This document shows positions 15,911-27,032 of a stretch of 64,000 nucleotides of DNA, one piece after another. The notes under the pieces were generated by a model that was given only the letters and a program-made list of their open reading frames with translations, did no database searches and was not told where the DNA came from. Within the stretch, counting starts at the first letter, position 1. Each line of letters opens with the position of its first letter. Origin of the DNA: Macrostomum lignano (taxonomy: Eukaryota); assembly GCA_002269645.1 (NCBI GenBank), contig NIVC01002064.1, positions 144,133 to 208,132 on the forward strand, written 5' to 3'. Position numbers and translations under genes: made by a program.

Positions 15911-16893
15911 CGAGTGATTAGAATTAATGCAGTCCAGCTATAGTTTCCTAAAGCCAGACAAGCCGATCAAATGCGCCACGCGCTGCAATTTTATGTGGGG
16001 TGGCAGCTGACTGACTGACAGAATGCCCAAGTGAGCGAGATTGAGTTGCAGAGCAAGCAACATAGGCAGCTGACGGAGGCGCAGCCTGTGGATCCCATGG
16101 AGTGGCTAGTGAGTGGTGTATAACGGATACACAACCAAGACCGTAGCCCGCACAGATCACGCCATGCCCCTCCCCCACCCAGCCAGGCAGGGACCTCCAG
16201 CCCTCCATGCGCACCCATTGGTTTCTCCAGTTGATGCGGAACTGGAGGATGAGGTGAGGGAGGAAGAGGGGACTGCCCCTGCGTGTGTGCCTCCCGCTTG
16301 CCATGCGGTGGAACAGGGAGCCGTGGGGATGCGACATGCAAATTGACCCCCTGGCGCTACCCCAGCCCTCCCTCACGACCTCCCCGTCCTCCCCCGCAGT
16401 CCTAAGCTCGACTTGTGTTTTTCGTACACCAGCCACCCCCCGCCTCTCTCTCTGCCCGGCTCTGCATCAACCGACCCCCCCCCCGGCGACCCCCAGCCGT
16501 TTCCTCTCCGCCCTACGCGCGGCATCATTTCTCCCAGATATCCCAGCGTCTTCTCTTACCCTTCGTCTCCTCATCCTCTGCTTCATCTCCCAGCATCTCC
16601 CCAGCTCCGACACACTTTTCCCTTCGGCCCGCTGCTTCCTCATCCTCCTTCGCTTCCTAGCAAACTCCCCACCAAAAGAAACGCGTTTTATCCCAATTCA
16701 ACTACGAGCGTAGAGGCAAGGCAAGATTTCGCTCTCTTAAAGTCCCGGAATCTCCCAGTCAGCCCAGATTCAACAAAGTTCAGTCGATCGGCCTTGGGTT
16801 GCCGGCGCCAATCTGCCTTCTTCTCGTCTCTCTACTGTCGATGCCCGACGCTGACGGGCAGCTCGACAGGCACCGCGGCGGCGGCCGAGTCGG

Positions 16894-19800
16894 ATGTCCC
16901 GTCTAGCGTCGGCCGCATCGGCGTCGGATTCGACTGTCGACGCGACAAAACCATTGTGGACAGAGCCGGAGCGGATCAACGGCGCCGGTGGAGGAGGAGC
17001 TCCTTATCAACATCGCCGTCTTCAACAAGAATTCGTTGACGAAGTTGACCAGCTGGACGGCGAGACGGCGGCGGCAGCGGCGGCGGTGGCGGCGGAGACA
17101 ACAGATCCTGCAGAGCTCGGCGAGGATGACTTGGAGACCTACGTCGCCGAGGAGGACGAAGCCGACGAAGAAATTGACGACGAGGAGGACGCCGAGGAGG
17201 AAGAGGAGCTGATGAACGGCGGCGGGCTCGGGCTGCACTACCCGACTCTGTCCGAGCCGTGCAGCGTCCGGCACCCCACCGAGCAGAACCCGGCAGCCGA
17301 GCTCTGCAGCTGGGTGCTGCGCTACGCCGGCCTGTCGCTCCTCTGCCTGCCGCTGCTGGCGCTGGCCTGCATGGCCTGCCTGCCGCTGGCCTGCCTCCGA
17401 CTGGCTGCCGGCGCGTTCGGCAAGACTCCGCTGAGCCACAGGGAGCTCGCCTGGTTCCGCCGGGACGCCAGAGCCGTTGTAGCTCGACTGGACGTGCGAA
17501 ATAACGGCGGCAGTACCGGCGGCGGTCTGACGCTGGCTCGGCTGCGTCAGCTGGTCGGCCAACGAGTGATCGGCGCCGAGGATAAATCTGGCGAGAGGCG
17601 CTATCCAAGATTTAGCCAGCGTGTCGAGGTCTGTTGGGACGGCTGGTTGGCTGTGCAGGGGGAGCGAGGTGGCTGTGTACGGGGAGTGAGGTGGCTGTGC
17701 AGGAGGAGTGGGGTGGCTGTGTACGGGGAGTGAGGTGGCTGTGCAGGAGGAGTGGGGTGGCTGTGTAGGGGGAGTGGGGGGTTTCCAGGGGGAGTGAGGT
17801 GGCTGTGCAGGAGGAGTGAGGTGGCTGTGCAGGAGGAGTGAGAGTGGCTGTGCAGGAGGAGTGAGGTGGCTGAGCAGGAGGAGTGAGGTGGCTCTGCAGG
17901 AGGAGTGAGAGTGGCTGTGCAGGAGGAGTGAGAGTGGCTGTGCAGGAGGAGTGAGAGTGGCTGTGCAGGAGGAGTGAGAGTGGCTGTGCAGGAGGAGTGA
18001 GAGTAGCTGTGCAGGAGGAGTGAGAGTGGCTGTGCAGGAGGAGTGAGGCGGTTTCCAGGGGGAGTTGGGTGGCGGAAAGAATACGATGGTTTCAGTGTGT
18101 TAGAAACTTTTTTAAACCTTTTCTACCACCTATATTACCGATTGCAGGACACCTGCGCAGGCCCAGTTTGGGCAACCGACACCACCTTCAGCTTAGATGA
18201 TCATGTCCGCGAGATCCAACCGCGACTGCGCGGCCCCGCCGACCTGTCCGCCTTCTTGGCCTCGGCGACGGCTCGCCCGTTCGCACGCGACCGCCCGCTC
18301 TGGGAGCTGCAGTTCCAGGCCGCCTACGGTTCGGCGGGCGACGCCCTGCTGGTCTACAGGCAGCACCCGAGCTTCGCCGACGGCCTCAGCATGACCCGCT
18401 TGCTGTCCGGCGCTCTCTGCGACTCGCCAGCACACGATGTGGCGTCCACGTTGGCGACAAATTCGGCAGCAACCTCGGCAGCGGCGGCGCAGCAGCCCGG
18501 AGTCACAGCGGCCGGCCTGCTCGAGGAGGCCCGCTGCCTCTTCCTGGCGCCATCGGTGCTGCTGCTGCACTACCTGCTGGGCCGGCCGGACTGCAACCCA
18601 CTGCACGGCGGCCCGCAGAGGTTGGCCAGGCGGCGGCGGCCGGCGCAGCTTCGGGCGAGTCTCGACGCCCGCCAGGTGTGGCGCGTCCGCCAGGTGACTC
18701 GGACCAGCCTTAATGATGCCTGCCTGCTGCTGCTGACCGGGGCGCTGCGCTCCTACAATCAGCTGCTGGGCCTGCCGCACCCGCCCGACTGCCGCGCCGC
18801 CCTGGCTGTCGACCTTGGCGGTGGCGAGGCCGCCGGCCGCCTGGGCAGTCGCTACGCGCTGTCCACTGTGCGGCTGCCAGTCAGCGTCGAAGGCATGCTG
18901 CCGCAGCTCTGGCAGCTTCGGGCTCGCCTCGCCGAACTCCGAGCCGAGGCCCGGTTTCGCGCTGTCCGCCTGGTGGACTCGCTGATGTTCTGCGCTCTGC
19001 CGGCCGGCTTGGCCAGCCGGGCTGTCCGGCTGCACACGGACAGGGCCAGCTGCTTGGCGCTGTGCCTGCCCGGCCCGGCCGGCCCGCTGTGGCTGGACGG
19101 CTGTCCGGTTGACGGCGTCTGCTTCTGGTTCCCCGCGTCCGAGCCCGTCCGGCTGTCCGTGACATTCTATTCTTATTCGGACAGCCTATCCGTCTGCCTG
19201 TCGGCTAGCCAGTCTGTCCGGTGTCCGCGCCTGCTCATCCGCTGCATGCGGGCTCAGGTCTGTGACTTGGTAGCCTGATTAATGACCGATTTCTTGAATG
19301 ACCAATTTCTTGAATGACCGATTTCTTGAATGACCAATTTCTTGAATGACCGATTTCTTGAATGATCGATTTCTTGAATGATCGATTCTTGAATGACAAT
19401 TTCTTGAATGACCGATTCTTGAATGACCGATTCTTGAATGACCAATTTCTTGAATGACCGATTTCTTGAATGACCGATTCTTGAATGACCGATTTCTTGA
19501 ATGACCGATTTCTTGAATGACCGATTTCTTGAATGACCGATTCTTGAATGACCAATTCTTGTATGACCAATTCTCGAATGACCGATTTCTTGAATGACCG
19601 ATTTCTTGAATGACCGATTTCTTGAATGACCGATTTCTTGAATGACCGATTTCTTGAATGACCGATTCTTGAATGACCAATTCTTGTATGACCAATTCTC
19701 GAATGACCGATTTCTTAAATGACCGATTTCTTGAATGACCGATTCTTGAATGACCGATTTCTTGAATGACCGATTTCTTGAATGACCGATTTCTTGAATG

Positions 19801-22800
19801 ACCGATTTCTTGAATGACCGATTTCTTGAATGACCGATTCTTGAATGACCGATTTCTTGAATGACCGATTCTTGAATGACCGATTTCTTATTGAATGACT
19901 AATTCCCACCCTTACCGAACACCACCCCTAAGTGTGGAGCAGTAGAAGTGAATTTTCGTTTGCCTTGTCGCAGATGCAGCAAAACGCTTCGAAGTTCCGC
20001 TAAGCTGCACTGAATTCTCAGTTGGCATCCGCCCCTTCTCTCCATCTTTGTCATATTTGATATATTTTATACCACCTAGAAAGTCTGCTTGGCTCTGCTG
20101 CAACTTAGAAGACTCAGCCTCAGGCTTAAAATAGGCTGAGTCTCCATCGCTCAATCTCGAGAATCTATCCTCCCAAAGCTGCTTTAAGTTTTTTGCCCGC
20201 TTTCCTTTCTCTTTTAGAAGAAGCAGAAGAAGTGCCGCTTCAGCCCGCCCAGGGGGGGGGAAGCAGCGGGGTGCCTAATTGTTGCCCGCAGCTTGGGACG
20301 GGATGGAGCAACTGCCAGCCAATTAATCTCCCCCAAGCTGAGAAGGGTTGGGATTATTTAGAAAGCTGGCAAATTTATCCCGTCCCGTTGGAAAAGTGCA
20401 ATCTTTTATTTTGATTTTTATGATTTTGACGTGGGTCGTAAGAGTCGGCTGAGCTGGGATAACGTCCAATGGACAGGTATAATGTTGCATAGGACATGTG
20501 TAATGTTGCATAGGACAGGTATAATGTTGTATAGGACAGGTATAATGTTGCATAGGACAGGTACAATGTTGCATATGACAGGTATAATGTTGTATAGGAC
20601 AGGTATAATGTTGCATAGGACAGGTATAATGTTGTATAAGACAGGTATAATGTTGTATAAGACAGGTATAATGTTGCATAGGACAGGTATAATGTTGTAT
20701 AGGACAGGTATAATGTTGCATAGGACAGGTACAATGTTGCATATGACAGGTATAATGTTGTATAGGACAGGTATAATGTTGCATAGGACAGGTATAATGT
20801 TGTATAAGACAGGTATAATGTTGTATAAGACAGGTATAATGTTGTATAGGACAGGTATAATGTTGCATAGGACAGGTATAATGTTGCATAGGACAGGTAT
20901 AATGTTGTATAAGACAGGTATAATGTTGTATAAGACAGGTATAATGTTGTATAGGACAGGTATAATGTTGCATAGGACAGGTACAATGTTGCATAGGACA
21001 GGTATATTAATTCGAAGTATGAGATTCTAAACGACAGGTATACCGGTACAAATACTCTAATTATAATCCAATTTCCAAACTCGAATGGCGGTGCCGTTGA
21101 TCCAACACAACCGAGCTTTCTCACCCTGACACAGTCACCTCAGGGCCCGCAAACATTTTCTGCTCAGGGCCAAGCAAGTTCGACGATCTGCTTTCACTTC
21201 CTCCCGCTTCGGCGCCCAACCCCCCTTCCCTAATCTTCTGCCTCGAGGGACTTCTCTCCATCTCCATCCCATCGTAGTTTTTCTATACGAGCGCACCCTT
21301 CTCACTCTCTCGCCGTCCTGTGTTATCCCACTGCTAGTGCGAGTTAGAAGCGGCTCAAACAGAGGAACAGAGCAAAATCCTGTAGCTACTATCCTACTTT
21401 TTCTTTCCCCACTCCCATCTATCTTCTTCCGAACCAGCAGGCCTAACTAAGTTTAAACCGAATACTCTCTACAACTCACGTGAGCGTGGGAACGAGCTCC
21501 CTTCTCTCTGACTGTCGGTCTGATATTGGCGTGGCTGTCTTTTGCGGACGAACTTTGTCCAGCAACTGGAAGCTTCAAAGCTTTCGCTCGATTAAAACAC
21601 AATTATTTAAATATCCGAGAAAAGTTGGCCTGGAATTTTTCGTGCAATTGGTGCTCATGAGGGCCGACACCCCCCCCCCCCCTATAGCACATAGAGTGGA
21701 CATGCCTGACGATTAGAAAGTGTGCGTGCTCAGGGGCCAGCGGAATGGGCTGGTTACCTTCTCGCTTGCTTTGAGTCTGTGCAGCGATGCAGTGAGGCAG
21801 TACACTAAAATACCGTACTTCTTTAACGTAGGAGGAGGAGCGAGCGACTTGTGAAAAGGGGCGTGGTAAGGGAGCCAAGAGGCGTCAACCAATCAGCTCT
21901 CGAGGAGGAACGACTTGTGGAAAGGGGTGTGGTTAGAGAGCCAAGAGGCGTCAACCAATCAGCTCTCGGGGAGGAACGACCTGTGGAGAGGGGTGTGGTT
22001 AGAGAGCCAAGAGGCGTCAACCAATTAGCTCTCGAGGAGGAATGACCTGTGGAAAGGGGTGTGGTTAGAGAGCCAAGAGGCGTCAACCAATTAGCTCTCG
22101 AGGGGGAACGACCTGTGGAAAGGGGTGTGGTTAGAGAGCCAAGAGGCGTCAACTAATCAGCTTTCGAGAAGGAGGGAGCGACTCGTACAGGCCACAACAT
22201 GGCTTCGACTTGGAGATCAGCATCGATCTTTAGCGGACCGCCCTCGCCTTCTGTTTGCAGGCCGCTGCGCTGAGCAAGCTCCTAGAGCATCGCCGAGTTC
22301 CAGGCGAGGGCCGCGAGCTCGCCAAACGGAATCGAGCCGCTCGAATCGCCGCGGCAAACAACCCGGAGGCTTCGTCGACTTCGTCGGCGGCGTTGAATTC
22401 GCGTCGCAGGTCGCCGTCGCCACAGCCTGGCGACTTCAGCGGCCTCGGAGTTGGCGGCGGCTCCGACCAGGCTCTTGCCGTGTCATCGGCGGACAGCCTG
22501 ACGGTGGCATCGACACCTCGAGGAAGCCGTGAATCCAGCGAGGAGCCGCACCAGCTGGAGGCCTCAGCCCTGCTGTTGGCGGCCCAGACAGCCAGCTACG
22601 ACGACCTGCAACTGCGACTTGCCGGCGTTCAGCTCCGGCTGCAGGATCCCGACGGCCTTGCCCCGGACGAGCGCGACCTGCTGAAGGCGGAGTTCCACCT
22701 GCTCATGACGGAGCTGCGTCGGCGAAAGACGAACCGCGGCGACGGCGACTTCGACGATCCGGAGTTCGACCGGGTGCCGGCGGCGCGGCGCAAGCAGTCA

Positions 22801-22944
22801 CTTGTGTCGCTTCGCTCGTTCGGCCGACGGCGCTCGACTTCGTCGCAGGTCGGTCTGGCGGTTGTCGGCGGCTCGTCTATGGAGCAGCCCAACATCACGG
22901 TGTTCACCAGCCGGCGCTTCGAGACCTGGGAGTACGAAGTCTGA
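16894..22944 (+). CDS. WS/DGAT-family (wax ester synthase/diacylglycerol acyltransferase fold) protein with acidic N-terminus, hydrophobic segment and long C-terminal extension, ~842 aa
   Basis: Exons 16894-17628, 18148-19257, 22261-22944, all phase 0 (donors GTCTGT twice, acceptors TTGCAG twice). Family-like segments: RFSQRVE|DTCAGPVWATDTTFSLDDHV, RPLWELQF, HPSFADG, VTRTSLNDACLLLLTGALRSY, LPGPAGPLWLDG...LSVTFYSYSDSL. Confidence 0.85.
17645..18048. repeat. ~22-bp G-rich minisatellite (GAG[G/A]TGGCTGTGCAGGAGGAGT) in WS/DGAT intron 1
   Basis: Direct reading. Confidence 0.92.
19281..19890. repeat. 15-16-bp minisatellite (ATTTCTTGAATGACCG) in WS/DGAT intron 2
   Basis: Direct reading. Confidence 0.95.
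20472..21004. repeat. 21-bp minisatellite (GGACAGGTATAATGTTG[C/T]ATA)
   Basis: Direct reading. Confidence 0.95.
21841..22170. repeat. 66-bp tandem repeat (~5 units) containing GGCGTCAACCAAT
   Basis: Successive GCCAAGAGGCGTCAAC motifs at 21874 and 21940 are 66 bp apart. Confidence 0.9.
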
Positions 22945-23067
22945 GCTGGGGTCTCCCCTGAGAGTCCCGAGAGTGCTCAGTCTGAGCTGTCACCAATGAG
23001 AGTCCCGAGAGTGCTCAGTCTGAGCTGTCACCAATGAGAGTCCCGAGAGTGCTCAGTCTGAGCTGTC
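22941..23067. repeat. 38-bp tandem repeat (~3 units) beginning at the WS/DGAT stop codon
   Basis: Direct reading. Confidence 0.85.
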
Positions 23068-24573
23068 AAAGTAAGAGTTTGGCTATTCAATTTTCATCTG
23101 CCTTTCAAGCAACACCAACTAAATTTGCTTCATTCAAATATTTGCTCCAGTTTGACGAACAAGCCTCACCTCATTTGTGATTGACACGTTTAATTGAAGG
23201 GCATCCGTACGCTCGCAGATCAGGGTTGTTATTTTTTTGACAGAGGATCAGCGCCACGCTTTACAAGTTTTGTGCTTTGCATTTCAACGCCACTTGATCG
23301 CACGAACAAGCGCATACTCACACAATGAAGTCAGACAGCTTTTATGTGGATAAAAAGTATAGTTGTCTAGACCACAGATACTAGAATATCTGGTTGGGCC
23401 ACTCAGAACATTTGTGTTTAAGCTACTTTCAGTTCAGTAGTATAGGTTAAACAGAAGCATTTTAATGTATTTTAAAGCCAAGGCTCAATTTATGGCTTTT
23501 ACCTCTCCCAGCTTAAACCTCCCCCCCAGCCGCACCTTTCCACACTACCCTCCCCAATTTTTGCCTTTCTCGAAATTCCAGCCTAAAGCTGCCATGTACA
23601 TTTCAGTGGACTGGCTAATGTACATTATGGCTGAACCAATTAGCAGTTGCTTACGTCTGCAAGCTTGGGCTTCTAAACTTATCAAAATCATTTCAGCTGC
23701 CCTTATTTTCATAAAATAGCTGATGTATTCTTCTTTGCTACTGAACTGAAAGTAGAAAGCTGTTTTAACAAGTATATATGCCTGAGTGGCCCATCTGGTC
23801 ATTTTAGTATCTGTGGACTAGACTAACTGAATTCTGTTTATAAATTGAAACAATAAATTTTAACTACTCATTTTATATCGATCTTGCATGCCCTTCAACT
23901 GAATTTGTTGCAGTGCTATTGTTAATAATGTTCAAGAACTGTGTTAGTAGAGCATAGTGTTAGCTAGTAGTGTTTCATCGCTAAATGCTATAATCTTGGT
24001 TCAACTGCAAATAAAAATACATTCGCGTTTTGAAGCAATGAAAAAGAGGATGTGAACTTAAGCGCGATTTGGAAGCCGTGAGTCCAGCAACCAAACTCAA
24101 AACTCAAACCAAACTGAAATTCTCACTATTCAGACCCAAAATAGACAAGAAAAGCGTAATTGATCTTTCTTCCACCCCGGCTGCTTCCGCATGGGATAAA
24201 TGGGGAAAAATTTGGATTTCATGTGAACTTAAGGCTCTGAAATGGAAGCGGTGGCCGATTGAGCCGGTTTCTCTATCGGATCTCTCTACTGGACCGACAA
24301 TGAGAGAAGAATCGTCGAAAACCGCATCTCTCTATCATTTGGTCTCCCTGAATGGGATAAATGGGGAAAAATGGGGATTTCATGTGAACTTAAGGCTCTG
24401 AAATGGTGTCTTTAATTGGTGAATTTTTATTTCTGATTCTCTGCGATTGGTTGTGCAAGAGGTCCCGGGCTCGATTTTGGAAAGGGCGTTTTATAAGCTT
24501 GAAAGTTCACAAGCTCGAAAGCTTGACAAAAGTGTTGTTGAGTCACTTCCTAAGCTTCTTTCTTGCGTACAAT

Positions 24574-25500
24574 GGGGGTTTTAGCCTAGTGGTTAGAGCG
24601 TCGGACTCACGACTTGAAGGTCGGGGGTTCGATTCCCGATCCTACTCGGAACTATTTGTGTCCTTGAGCAAGGTTGTGCGAGGCTGCGATTTTGTGCCGA
24701 GGCGCTGATGGACAGGCGACAGAGCTTCCGCGTTGTCAGCAGTTCGTCTACCTCGACGGTCTGGTTCCTGGCGTCCGCGAGAATTTGCGGCGTCGCCGCA
24801 GGCTTGCCTGGGCTGCCAGTGAGGGCAGTCCTGCAGTCCGAGGCCTTACCTGACCGCCAGAAGGCGACGTTGTTCCAGCGCGTGATCGAGACCGTCCTGC
24901 TGTACAACGCCGAGACCTGGACGCTGACGGAGTCACTCGAGCAACAAGTTGACGCACCGCCTTCAAGATCGGCTACGAGCGAGTGACCAACGCGGCTTTG
25001 TATCGCCGCGCCGGCCTGGTCCGTCCAAGCGACCTGTTGCGCCGTCGGCGACTCCAGCTGGCAGGCCACATCATCCGCGCCGAGTCCTACTGCCCAGAGC
25101 CGGTGCAGGAGGTGCTGCTGCTGACGCTGCAGGCACCCTACCGGCGGGGGCAGGCGCGCACTCGGCATTTCGTCGACTGCCTGCTGGCTGACGCCGGCGC
25201 CCCGGATTCGGCCGGCGGCTTGGCGTTCATTCGCGACCTGGCCTTGAAGCGCGCCCTGTGACGCAACTGCGTATTCTGTAGTTGGTGTTGAGCATGACAC
25301 TTAACTCTGCATTGCTTCAGTTCACCCAGCTGTATAAAATGGGTGCCAGCATTAGCTAGCTGTGGTAATTGAGGCTGTGTGGCTGCCCCCCAGTCCTTGG
25401 ACAGAACAGCCGTACGCAGCCTTCAGATGCACCGCGCAGTAGCTGCGGCTGAGCTGTCGGTTGCTCATCTGCCTATCAGGGCAGGTGATGTATCATAATT
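24574..25500 (+). mobile_element. tRNA-derived CORE-like SINE (family A), interrupted by a LINE fragment
   Basis: A box TAGCCTAGTGG (24582), B box GGTTCGATTCC (24626), CORE-like GTGTCCTTGAGCAAG...ACACTTAACTCTGCATTGCT...TAAAATGGG. Matches the second copy at 37731-37986. Confidence 0.8.
24673..25287 (+). mobile_element. 5'-truncated RTE-clade non-LTR retrotransposon fragment (RT thumb/C-terminus), degenerate
   Basis: QQFVYL...RRRRLAWAA / LPDRQKATLFQRVIETVLLYNAETWTL / NAALY...RRRLQLAGHIIR...; stop at 25261. Flanked by TTGAGCAAG (24664-24672) and TTGAGCATG (25288-25296). Confidence 0.85.
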
Positions 25501-26346
25501 ATAATTAGTATTTTAACCAGCTTGAACAAAAGCAGAACCTTGCACTGTTTTAAGCCGCCCAAGTTCACCAATATGAGAAACACAGAAGCCACACTGAAGT
25601 TTTTCAGGCCATATATTCTTGGCACACACAAAATAAGCTTCTTTTATTTTGCTTTTAAAAGACAATCTTGGCAAAACAGTTCGCATTGGACTGGCACGTC
25701 TTGAAGAAAATTTGAAAAGAAAAATAAATTTTGTAATTAGATTTGAAAGCAAGTTATTTAAGAGATTCGGCAGCATAAAAATCGATCAATAAAAGACAAA
25801 TAGAAGCAGATTAATTTGCTTTGCAAGAAGGAATAGGAGTTTGCCGATGTATCCAGGGCGTTTGTGTCATGGACAGTTTATTTGAAGGGCCTAATTTTGC
25901 CACAGAAAAAGCAAAATGTTTCAACAGAATGTGGTCAGTATGTCCTGGGTACAAGGGCAGCTTGGTGTCACTTGGGTCTCCTCACCGGCTTTTGTTTGTA
26001 CAAATTAACAGCAAATCAATTTGATCTGAATGAATGCGATTCTATTATAGGCAAAAAGACACTATGAGTTTAAAACAATTCGTTGCTATTAAAAAGTAAG
26101 TTACTTGACTTGGGTTTTTGCTTGGCTTAGACTTTTTCAAACCAAACTGAGACAACAGCAACAATAGAAACTCGAAGCACAACCATCTGTAAGTTGAAAA
26201 ATAGGAAATAACGTCAGTTTGCGAAAAAATCATAAATAGAAAATATAACAATAGTTTATTCCGTTAAAAGATATGAAACACGGTGAATATGACTGAAAGC
26301 ATTTATATAACAGTCACTCCTGTACTTTGGTTACAGTTGCCATCTG

Positions 26347-26958
26347 ATGTTCAAGTTTCAGATCCCGGTGTTCAAGTTTCAGATCCCGGTGTTCAAGTTT
26401 CAGATCCCGGTGTTCAAGTTTCAGATCCCGGTGTTCAAGTTTCAGATCCCGGTGTTCAAGTTTCAGATCCCGGTGTTCAAGTTTCAGATCCCGGTGTTCC
26501 AGTTTCAGATCCCGGTGTTCAAGTTTCAGATCCCGGTGTTCAAGTTTCAGATCCCGGTGTTCAAGGTTCAGATCCCGGTGTTCAAGTTTCAGATCCCGGT
26601 GTTCAAGTTTCAGATCCCGGTGTTCAAGTTTCAGATCCCGGTGTTCAAGGTTCAGATCCCGGTGTTCAAGTTTCAGATCCCGGTGTTCAAGTTTCAGATC
26701 CCGGTGTTCAAGTTTCAGATCCCGGTGTCCAAGTTTCAGATCCCGGTGTTCAAGTTTCAGATCCCGGTGTCCAAGTTTCAGATCCCGGTGTTCAAGTTTC
26801 AGATCCCGGTGTTCAAGTTTCAGATCCCGGTGTTCAAGTTTCAGATCCCGGTGTTCAAGTTTCAGATCCCGGTGTTCAAGTTTCAGATCCCGGTGTCCAA
26901 GTTTCAGATCCCGGTGTTCAAGTTTCAGATCCCGGTGTTCAAGTTTCAGATCCCGGTG
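26347..26958. repeat. 21-bp minisatellite (GTTCAAGTTTCAGATCCCGGT) just downstream of the PLD stop codon
   Basis: Direct reading; explains the VQVSDPG ORF. Confidence 0.96.
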
Positions 26959-27032
26959 CTCAATACTCAGGCTCCGGTGTTACATTTCCAGGTCTGGTTC
27001 AAAGTCCAGCCTCGGTGTAGGGGTTCAAGATG

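Noticed and set aside
16903-19165. Long antisense ORFs over WS/DGAT, PLD, CDC16 and NUP155 exons (e.g. 16903-17562, 18193-19035, 27603-27995, 39250-39783)
   Set aside because: Shadow ORFs of GC-rich coding sequence.
21841-22170. Long regularly spaced repeats as a possible CRISPR array
   Set aside because: The inter-motif sequence is itself repeated (no unique spacers), the context is a eukaryotic intron, and there are no cas genes. The same holds for all other arrays.
24574-24645. tRNA gene
   Set aside because: A/B boxes are present, but the anticodon and acceptor stems pair poorly and the sequence continues into a repeated SINE body; treated as a SINE head. Same for 29600-29672.
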